From: an uncultured Candidatus Melainabacteria bacterium
Lineage (GTDB): Bacteria; Cyanobacteriota; Vampirovibrionia; Gastranaerophilales; Gastranaerophilaceae
Length of the DNA stretch: 43,055 nt
NCBI GenBank assembly: GCA_934693215.1
Contig: CAKUVB010000001.1
Coordinates: 1 to 43,055, forward strand
Direction: 5' to 3'
Part shown: positions 36,919-43,055 of the stretch, in pieces
Position numbering within the stretch: the stretch's first letter is position 1
Layout of the letters: each line of letters opens with the position of its first letter
Position numbers and translations under genes: made by a program
The notes under the pieces: generated by a model
Told to the model about the DNA's origin: nothing
Seen by the model: the letters and a program-made list of their open reading frames with translations, nothing else
Database searches by the model: none

Positions 36919-37032
36919 CATGCCAACTTTTTTACATTTCTTCACACACAGCAAAATCATGAAAACCCATGCCATGAGCATGATTGCATGATTTAAAACT
37001 CTACAATCATGTCATGGTGCGATATTGACATG
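36919..37032. promoter_or_regulatory. CATG-dense segment with four AATCATG/CATGATT half-sites
   Basis: Nine CATG in 114 nt (starting at 36919, 36958, 36968, 36973, 36979, 36987, 37008, 37013, 37029). AATCATG at 36955 and 37005; CATGATT at 36979 and 36987. They can form two 7-bp hairpins. Confidence 0.4.
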
Positions 37033-37219
37033 GTTTCAGAATAAACAAATCAAGCTATTACAGGTTTTAAACCCTCTAAAACTCTTTGTAATAAACATTT
37101 ACAAACGGCTTGTAAAAACATGCTTAACCCATATAATTAAAGAAAGGTTAAGAAAGCCTACGGAGAATGGTTCTTTAGAACTATCATAAATATATTGGTG
37201 GAAATACTTGGAGGACAGG

Positions 37220-37438
37220 TTGTTTAGAAGTCGTGATATGGGGAGAGCTATTGCTGTTAGAAGATGGACACCAACAGCATTAGAATGTTATAAAAGAGGT
37301 TGTAATTGTGAAGGTTGTTTTTATAGCGACTTTTTCAAAGGAACATCTCAAAAATGTCAAATGAAGGCATCAGTATTGGAATTGGTTAGGGTTATAGGTA
37401 CACCTAATGTTGAAATTCCACAAATAATTACAGATTAA
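37220..37438 (+). CDS. hypothetical small Cys-rich protein (~72 aa)
   Basis: The ORF contains CYKRGCNCEGC. The likeliest start is TTG 37220 (GGAGG at 37210-37214, 5 nt upstream); alternatives are 37208 and 37238. Confidence 0.45.
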   Translation: MFRSRDMGRAIAVRRWTPTALECYKRGCNCEGCFYSDFFKGTSQKCQMKASVLELVRVIGTPNVEIPQIITD

Positions 37439-37499
37439 TCACTTTAAAAATTGTTAAGTATGTTGTATAATGGAAAAGTACACATTATTGGAGGCATAC

Positions 37500-37886
37500 A
37501 TGCATATACACGTAAATGGTAAAAACATCGAAATCACAGACGCTATCAAAGCTTATGTAAAAGAAAAATTAGGCAAAGTTGTTAACCATTATGATCAAAT
37601 TCAGGGTATTAAAGTTATTTTATCCGTTATCAAAAACCCAGCAGCATCAGGCAAACATGTTGCGGAAGTAAAATGTACACTAAATAGTGGCAATGTTGTT
37701 CATGTTGAAGAATCTGCAGAATCTATGTATGCTAGTATAGATTTAATCGCTGATAAACTAGACAGACAAGTTAAAAAAGTTAAGAGCAAATCTTTATATG
37801 CTGACAAAAACACCATCAGAAACGCAGAAGTAGAAGTTGTTGAAGATGATGATGAAGAAGTAGCAGATATAAAGGCTATTGACTAA
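37500..37886 (+). CDS. hpf: ribosome hibernation-promoting factor (RaiA/HPF family)
   Basis: MHIHVNGKNIEITDAIKAYVKEKLGKV is the family N-terminus. GGAGG lies 5 nt upstream of ATG 37500. TATAAT at 37465-37470. Confidence 0.85.
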   Translation: MHIHVNGKNIEITDAIKAYVKEKLGKVVNHYDQIQGIKVILSVIKNPAASGKHVAEVKCTLNSGNVVHVEESAESMYASIDLIADKLDRQVKKVKSKSLYADKNTIRNAEVEVVEDDDEEVADIKAID

Positions 37887-37910
37887 AAGATATATAGCTT
37901 AAGCTAATAA

Positions 37911-37944
37911 AATAGACCGTTTATAACAAACGGTCTATTTTTTA
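37911..37944 (+). terminator. intrinsic terminator after hpf
   Basis: 12-bp stem AATAGACCGTTT / AAACGGTCTATT with a 5-nt loop and a T-run. Confidence 0.75.
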
Positions 37945-38018
37945 TTATAAATAATTTTCAAACAACTTTTAAAAAAAACTCATTGAACAAATTTCACATA
38001 AATACTATAATCAGAAGT

Positions 38019-38999
38019 ATGGCAAAGATTCAAAAATTAAATTTATTTAACCATTCAAAAATCAAAAATTTAATTCCGTTTCTAAATACTAATAAGAATA
38101 ACTGGTTCTTAAAGCTTTTAGCAATAGGTCCGTTCTCTTGTATTCATAATCTTTTGCCATTAAGATACAAGTTTTTAGATGAATCATACATAATCTCTGA
38201 AAATAACGAATCTCTTGGAGCAATAACCGTTTCGCCTATTGTTGGCAACTATTCTAAAATTGCAATATCACAATTATTTTTCTCAGAAAATGCCTATGAT
38301 GTCGCAAAGCAACTAATTGAATTCATAATATCCCACTACGGGGCAAATGGTGCAACTACATTCTATGCAATTATTAACGAACTAAATACAGATTTACTAA
38401 ATCTATTTATTTCAGGTTGTGGATTCAGACAATGTTCTGCCGAAGAAATTTGGGAAGTTACAAGAAAAACTTTCCAAAAAACAAATACAATCAAATATCG
38501 CAGATTAAAAGATTCTGACCTAAAAGAAATTTCTGAAATATATAACGATTCTCTAATCACTTACTTCAAGCCAACACTAGAGCGAAGTGCTAAAGAATTT
38601 GCAGAAACTTTTTGTCATGGTCTTACGTATTCAACCTCATACAGATATGTAATTGAGGATTCTGCCTCAAGCAGAATAATTGGTTACTTCTTAGTTTCTA
38701 CAGACGATAACGAAAATTACGTAATTGATTTTAATTATTCTGACGGATATGAAATTGACCTTGATGGAATGATGTATTACGCAACTCGTGAAATCCTTAA
38801 ACGTAAACGCCATTTCAAACTCTACGTCAAAACTAAAAGATACCTAAAAACCTCAGAAAAACAAAAAGAATACTTTGTTGCAAGTAATTTTCAATGGATA
38901 AAAACTAAAATGTTACTCGTCAAAGATTTTTATAAATTAGCAAAACAAGTATCGCCACTAAAAGAATTTATCATGCTTGGAGAAATGAGCAGAGGATAA
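38019..38999 (+). CDS. hypothetical protein (~326 aa), possibly acyltransferase-like
   Basis: Long ORF with its start probably at ATG 38019 (MAKIQKL). I see only a vague GNAT-like pattern and have no confident family. Confidence 0.55.
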   Translation: MAKIQKLNLFNHSKIKNLIPFLNTNKNNWFLKLLAIGPFSCIHNLLPLRYKFLDESYIISENNESLGAITVSPIVGNYSKIAISQLFFSENAYDVAKQLIEFIISHYGANGATTFYAIINELNTDLLNLFISGCGFRQCSAEEIWEVTRKTFQKTNTIKYRRLKDSDLKEISEIYNDSLITYFKPTLERSAKEFAETFCHGLTYSTSYRYVIEDSASSRIIGYFLVSTDDNENYVIDFNYSDGYEIDLDGMMYYATREILKRKRHFKLYVKTKRYLKTSEKQKEYFVASNFQWIKTKMLLVKDFYKLAKQVSPLKEFIMLGEMSRG

Positions 39000-39093
39000 G
39001 CATAACACTTATTTTACTTGCTTTTTCACTATTTCATATTTTATATTTTAACCATTTATTGTAAATAAATGTAACAAACTTGCATCAAAAAAG

Positions 39094-39120
39094 GCAATTT
39101 TTTGTTTCTTAAATACTTTA
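39094..39120 (+). promoter_or_regulatory. bipartite motif, copy E4 (perfect), not followed by an ORF
   Basis: AAAAAAGGCAATTT-tttgtttcttaaat-ACTTTA. The second box is part of the perfect 17-nt palindrome ATACTTTAATAAAGTAT (39113-39129). Confidence 0.6.
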
Positions 39121-39129
39121 ATAAAGTAT

Positions 39130-39187
39130 AAAGCTCTCTCTTCTTATTTAAACGGACAGACCTTGATAACACAAGGTCTTTTTTTTA
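39130..39187 (+). ncRNA. candidate small RNA (~50-55 nt): CU-rich 5' part plus intrinsic terminator
   Basis: Downstream of motif copy E4 there is no start codon. The sequence is GCTCTCTCTTCTTATTT, then the hairpin AGACCTT-gataacac-AAGGTCT (39158-39179), then T8. Confidence 0.35.
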
Positions 39188-39301
39188 TGTAATTTTCAGT
39201 TAAATATTCACATAACTAACATTTTAATAATCCAAATTTTTCATAAAAAATAATTATTATACAAACATAGCCCATATTGGCTATACAAAGTCTTAAATCA
39301 A

Positions 39302-39310
39302 TGTTATAAT
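39302..39310 (+). promoter_or_regulatory. extended -10 promoter element TGTTATAAT
   Basis: A TGnTATAAT match. It would give a ~155-nt leader to the RHH gene. Confidence 0.3.
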
Positions 39311-39396
39311 GTTTGTATCACAAATTTATATAAAGATTGTTAGTGTTTGATATCGTGTACTTTTGTAACAATATTAGCAATTTCTATTGTAAAAGA

Positions 39397-39423
39397 GCAA
39401 TTTTTGTATGAATATATACTTAT
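39397..39423 (+). promoter_or_regulatory. bipartite motif, copy E6 (GCAATTT-N14-ACTTAT)
   Basis: The first box and spacing are exact, and the second box differs from ACTTTA at two positions (a TA/AT swap). It overlaps the palindrome TATACTT-ATA-AAGTATA (39416-39432). The RHH gene ATG is 51 nt downstream. Confidence 0.45.
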
Positions 39424-39474
39424 AAAGTATATACAGGGTATATGATATCGACTAGATAAAAGGAGAATATAAAT

Positions 39475-39663
39475 ATGGCAAGAGTACTTATTTCAATGCC
39501 TGAAAAGTTTTTAGACGAAATTGACAATGTTGCTGACACAGAAAATCGTTCTCGTTCAGAACTTATCAGAGAAGCATTAAGAACTTACATTCACAGAAAC
39601 AGAGTAAGAACATCTAGTTATGCAAACAAAAATGCCCAATTACTTGAAGCATTGTTAGACTAG
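39475..39663 (+). CDS. CopG/ribbon-helix-helix family DNA-binding protein, 62 aa
   Basis: MARVLISMPEKFLDEID...RSRSELIREALRTYI is a typical RHH beta-strand plus two helices. AAAGGAG SD. Confidence 0.75.
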   Translation: MARVLISMPEKFLDEIDNVADTENRSRSELIREALRTYIHRNRVRTSSYANKNAQLLEALLD

Positions 39664-39694
39664 TATCAACAAAAACACTAAATTTTATGAAAAA

Positions 39695-39722
39695 AGACGA
39701 AACAATGTTTCGTCTTTTTTGT
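39695..39722 (+). terminator. intrinsic terminator after the RHH gene
   Basis: 9-bp stem AGACGAAAC / GTTTCGTCT with a 3-nt loop and a T-run. Confidence 0.75.
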
Positions 39723-39833
39723 ATATTTTACCAATTTTTCTCTAAAAATTTTATTTTTCTGATTTTCTCTTATTATTAATTCGTTTTTATGTTAGTATTA
39801 TGGAAAAATTAGAATTATTTTAGGAGAAATTAT

Positions 39834-40493
39834 ATGCAAGCAAGACGTGCGGCTCGTGAATTAGCACTAATATTATTTTCACAATTTGATAAAAAAATCA
39901 CATCATACTCTTCAAAAGATTTTGAAGATATCATGCTAAAATCTGTTAGAATTCTTTCGAATAATGCTTCAGAAGAATTAAAACTTTCTGTTGGTTCTTT
40001 GATTGATATAAAAGATTATATAGACACATACGAAGCAGAACACGAATCAAACCTTTCAAGACCAATTGGTGCGAAAGATAAACCTGTTCCTGTTCCTACA
40101 ACACAAGATTTATCAACCAATATTGAAACAGTTCTTGATGTTGTAGAAAAGACTCTACTTGCTTTAGAAATTGCTGAATTTACAACACTTGAATCTCAAT
40201 CTGATGTTCAAGAATATGTAATACAGATTGCAGAAGCTTTTAAAGCTCACTATGAAGAAGTTGATAACGAAATTCAAAAATACACTACCGGTTGGGATAT
40301 CAGCAGATTAGTTAAAATGGACAAAGATATCTTACGTATCGCAATAATTGAACTTCTTTATACTAAAGGAGCTCCAATGAAGGTTGTTGTTGATGAAGCT
40401 GTTGAATTAGCTAAAAAATATTCAACAGAAGATAGTTCATCTTTTGTAAACGGTGTATTAGCAAAAGTTGTAGTTGAAAACGGACTTAAATAA
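39834..40493 (+). CDS. nusB: transcription antitermination factor NusB (long form)
   Basis: N-terminal RRAARELALILFSQ and C-terminal DKDILRIAIIELLY...VVVDEAVELAKKYS...SFVNGVLAKV. A ~80-aa insertion gives the long form, which as I recall is also seen in cyanobacteria. Confidence 0.85.
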   Translation: MQARRAARELALILFSQFDKKITSYSSKDFEDIMLKSVRILSNNASEELKLSVGSLIDIKDYIDTYEAEHESNLSRPIGAKDKPVPVPTTQDLSTNIETVLDVVEKTLLALEIAEFTTLESQSDVQEYVIQIAEAFKAHYEEVDNEIQKYTTGWDISRLVKMDKDILRIAIIELLYTKGAPMKVVVDEAVELAKKYSTEDSSSFVNGVLAKVVVENGLK

Positions 40494-41407
40494 TGTTTGG
40501 ATTCTTTTCTAACAGTATAGAAAATCTCAAAAAAACTGTATCAAAAACGGCTCAAGCACTTGTTGGAAATGTTGTTGATACAGTAAGTGAAGAAGAAGAA
40601 TTTTCTGAATTTGTACTTGATGATATGGAGGACTTATTAATCAGTGCAGATTTAGGGGTTGACTATGCTACAGAATTGGTTGATAAACTACGTTCACAAG
40701 ACAAAATAAAACCATCAGAGGTTAAAAACTTTTTAAAGGAACAATTTACTTCAACATTAAACTCTGCCGGTTCTAACAAACTCAATTTTGTTGACAACTC
40801 TTTGAACATATATTTTATTGCAGGAGTAAACGGTGTTGGCAAAACAACTCTAATTGGTAAACTTGCATACAAATTTAAGCAAGAAGGCAAAAAAGTTTTG
40901 ATTGCTGCGGCTGATACATTCAGAGCTGCGGCAGAAGAACAACTTGATATTTGGTCAAAACGTGCTGGAGCTGATATTGTACGCAGAGATAAAGCAGACC
41001 CAGCCTCTGTAGTTTATGAGGCTATACAAAAAGCTCAAAATGAACAATATGATATCATTTTAGTAGATACGGCAGGACGTTTACAAAACAAATTTAATTT
41101 GATGGAAGAACTTTCTAAAATAAAATCTGTTATTGATAAAAATGCAGCCGATTGTTTAAGGGAATGTATCTTGGTTCTTGATGCTAATACCGGTCAAAAT
41201 GGATTGCAACAAGCAAAAGTTTTTAAAGATGCCGTAGCATTAACTTCCGTTGCTTTAACTAAACTTGACGGTTCTGCAAAAGGTGCAATTGTATTGGCTA
41301 TTGCTAAAGAACTTAATTTACCTGTAAAACTTATTGGTGTTGGCGAAAAAATGGAAGATTTAAAAGAGTTTAATTCTTCTGATTTTATAGAAGCTTTATT
41401 TAGTTAA
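40493..41407 (+). CDS. ftsY: signal recognition particle receptor FtsY
   Basis: NG-domain motifs GVNGVGKTT, DTAGRL and TKLDGSAKGG-like. The start overlaps the nusB stop (TAATG). Confidence 0.95.
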   Translation: MFGFFSNSIENLKKTVSKTAQALVGNVVDTVSEEEEFSEFVLDDMEDLLISADLGVDYATELVDKLRSQDKIKPSEVKNFLKEQFTSTLNSAGSNKLNFVDNSLNIYFIAGVNGVGKTTLIGKLAYKFKQEGKKVLIAAADTFRAAAEEQLDIWSKRAGADIVRRDKADPASVVYEAIQKAQNEQYDIILVDTAGRLQNKFNLMEELSKIKSVIDKNAADCLRECILVLDANTGQNGLQQAKVFKDAVALTSVALTKLDGSAKGAIVLAIAKELNLPVKLIGVGEKMEDLKEFNSSDFIEALFS

Positions 41408-41433
41408 CAACTAAATGAACATAATAAACTAAA

Positions 41434-41457
41434 AAGCCTGTCAATTATGACAGGCTT
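41434..41457. terminator. bidirectional intrinsic terminator between ftsY and the 67-aa gene
   Basis: 10-bp stem AAGCCTGTCA / TGACAGGCTT with a 4-nt loop. There is a U-run on the minus strand and a weaker T-rich tail on the plus strand. Confidence 0.7.
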
Positions 41458-41485
41458 ATATTTAAAATTTTTGTATTACTAACAA

Positions 41486-41689
41486 TTAATTGTTACTCAA
41501 AACAATTCTTAATGTTGCTAAATTCTTAATAGATAACATTTTGTGTTTGTTTCTTTGAGCTTTTGCAATCTCAAAAATACGAATCATTCTTTGAATTTCA
41601 TCAATATCTTTTTGTGATTCGATTTTATATACATTATTAATTGGATCTGCTACTACTGACATCATTGCGTTTAATTCTGATTCTTTCAT
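41486..41689 (-). CDS. hypothetical small protein, 67 aa
   Basis: AAAGGA SD. It is bracketed by motif copy E3 and a terminator. No recognised motif. Confidence 0.55.
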   Translation of the reverse strand: MKESELNAMMSVVADPINNVYKIESQKDIDEIQRMIRIFEIAKAQRNKHKMLSIKNLATLRIVLSNN

Positions 41690-41722
41690 TTTTATTCCTT
41701 TTCAAAATTCTCTATACTTTAA

Positions 41723-41749
41723 TAAAGTTTTTTTGAACAAGGAAATTGC
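41723..41749 (-). promoter_or_regulatory. bipartite motif, copy E3 (perfect)
   Basis: The minus strand reads AAAAAAGGCAATTT-ccttgttcaaaaaa-ACTTTA. The ATG of the 67-aa gene is exactly 33 nt downstream. 36 of 44 nt are identical to copy E4. Confidence 0.6.
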
Positions 41750-41825
41750 CTTTTTTATTTATGTTTGTAAAGATATATTTACAAACTGTTTATGATAGTC
41801 TAAATAAATACTCCTAATATTCACA

Positions 41826-43049
41826 TTATAAAAGGTCTTTTAAATATATGTCAATTAGTTTTCTATGTAAATTTACATTATGTACACGCAAATAATCTAT
41901 CTCTTTTTCTATCGCAATTGTATTAAGGGCAACGGTGAAAATATCTTTTTCTTCATTGTTTTCCAACTGTAACAAACTTTTTCTTGAAATTCCCAACATT
42001 ATAGGATACCCCATAGATTTGAATTCATCTATACGGTTAAATAATCTAAAATTGTCCTCTAAAGTTTTGTCAAACCCTATCCCCACATCAATGATAATAT
42101 TATTAATCCCCATTGATTTGGCATATTCTGTTTGTTTATAAAGGTCAAGATAAACCTCATCAATTAGTTTGTCATACGGCTCTACATTACTCCCTCTGTT
42201 TTGACGATACAAGGAATGTTGAATAACAACTGTTGCATTATACTTAGCAATAGTTTCAGCCATATTAGAATCATATTTCAACCCGGAAACATCATTAATA
42301 ATTTTTGCACCTTTTTTCAAACATTCTTCTGCAACAATAGAACTACGAGTATCAATGCTTATAATAGATTTGTCATTAACAAGTGGCAAAAGCCTTTTGA
42401 GTTGAATTTCAGGTGATATCGGCTCAGCATTTAGCTTAGTTGATTCTGCACCAATATCTATAATATCTGCCCCATCTTGTACAAGTTGATTAAAATGGGC
42501 TTGTGCTTTTTCAACCTCTAAATACTCTCCACCGTCCGAAAATGAATTGTTTGTAATATTCAAAATCCCAACAAGTTTGGTTTTGTGATGTTTGGTTTCT
42601 AATTGAGCTAAGATTTCATTTGACAGTTCTTTGAGTGAAAAAGGTTGGAATTTTAGCTTTTCTGCAATTTTTCTTAGTTGTGAAAAACTTCCACCCAATA
42701 TTACATCTGAGGTATCAACTTTTCCTGTAATAACTTCTCTATGCACTGCACAATCAGAACCTAGTGTTAATGCAATTTGCTTCAGGATATTCGCTTGCGG
42801 AACAGTTAAACCATATATTTTTAAATTTTTATAAACAAATTTTTCCTTCGCTTTATGTCGATAACTAACATCAAAACCTATATTTTCCAGTTCTTTAACA
42901 TAATCTGCGTTATTGATTTCTTTCAAAATAAACTTACTCATTTCTAAAGGATAACATAATAAAAACAACACTACCAAAACGAATATTAACTTTTGTAAAG
43001 AATTGAAAAGCATGTGAAATTGCGGGTTTTGGAATGTTTTTATATACAT
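41826..43049 (-). CDS. folP: dihydropteroate synthase with ~150-aa N-terminal extension
   Basis: Pterin-binding motifs ILNITNNSFSDGG, DIGAEST, ISIDT, INDVSG, DVGIGFDKT and GISRKS. The frame stays open to the window edge, so the true start is uncertain. Confidence 0.85.
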   Translation of the reverse strand: MYIKTFQNPQFHMLFNSLQKLIFVLVVLFLLCYPLEMSKFILKEINNADYVKELENIGFDVSYRHKAKEKFVYKNLKIYGLTVPQANILKQIALTLGSDCAVHREVITGKVDTSDVILGGSFSQLRKIAEKLKFQPFSLKELSNEILAQLETKHHKTKLVGILNITNNSFSDGGEYLEVEKAQAHFNQLVQDGADIIDIGAESTKLNAEPISPEIQLKRLLPLVNDKSIISIDTRSSIVAEECLKKGAKIINDVSGLKYDSNMAETIAKYNATVVIQHSLYRQNRGSNVEPYDKLIDEVYLDLYKQTEYAKSMGINNIIIDVGIGFDKTLEDNFRLFNRIDEFKSMGYPIMLGISRKSLLQLENNEEKDIFTVALNTIAIEKEIDYLRVHNVNLHRKLIDIYLKDLL

Positions 43050-43055
43050 GTAAAG

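Noticed and set aside
36919-37032. CATG cluster as a replication origin
   Set aside because: I saw no dnaA/dnaN nearby and no cluster of DnaA-box-like TTATCCACA words. The only such word seen is inside the response-regulator coding sequence near 6530.
39475-39663. RHH protein as the antitoxin of a type II toxin-antitoxin pair
   Set aside because: No adjacent small toxin ORF exists on either side. A strong terminator follows directly and the nearest upstream gene is 475 nt away.
41723-41730. Reading the second motif box on the opposite strand (TAAAGTTT / TAAAGTAT) as a sigma28/FliA -35 element
   Set aside because: The required GCCGATAA-type -10 at about 11 nt is absent; only GCC occurs, at 17 nt. 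In that orientation most copies would point away from any gene.
1-43055. tRNA, rRNA, tmRNA, CRISPR arrays and known riboswitches
   Set aside because: Scanning the intergenic regions by eye showed no T-arm GGTTCGAA-type sequence, no regularly spaced repeats and no riboswitch core I recognise. Absence is not proven without tRNAscan or Infernal.

Overview
AT-rich (roughly 30% G+C by eye), densely packed bacterial chromosomal segment with about 45 protein genes. I found no rRNA, tRNA, CRISPR array, transposase or integrase.

Most genes are housekeeping and were recognised from motifs only, with no searches run. They include exbB-exbD-exbD, a PRK/uridine-kinase-family kinase, a CCA-type nucleotidyltransferase, a NarL/LuxR response regulator, thiL, a secreted vWA protein and a YnbB-type PLP enzyme. 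Also present are nupC, desulfoferrodoxin, a GT2 glycosyltransferase, a phosphohexomutase, a bifunctional nuclease, grpE-dnaJ, a gshB-like ATP-grasp enzyme, dut, clpC, rnpA, a nitroreductase, hpf, nusB-ftsY and folP.

The ClpC N-terminus is nearly plant/cyanobacterial-type. Together with the low GC and anaerobe-type genes (dfx, nitroreductase), this suggests a non-photosynthetic cyanobacterial relative (Melainabacteria/Vampirovibrionia-like). That is inference only.

Stand-out observations:
1. A 2,497-aa ORF (17232-24725, minus strand) whose C-terminal half is a tandem duplication of a ~560-aa module. Each module carries GHKL/Bergerat-ATPase-like motifs. The N-terminal part has four Gly/Ala-rich hydrophobic helices and no signal peptide.
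2. A bipartite motif GCAATTT-N14-ACTTTA occurs four times perfectly and three times degenerately. Every copy lies just upstream of a small or hypothetical gene, three of them exactly 33 nt from the start codon. One copy instead precedes an ORF-less, CU-rich, terminator-bounded unit that is a candidate sRNA.
3. A single-gene EF-hand cassette is flanked by ~140-240-nt direct repeats.
4. A dense CATG / AATCATG cluster sits in one divergent intergenic region.

All functional interpretations of these four are hypotheses.
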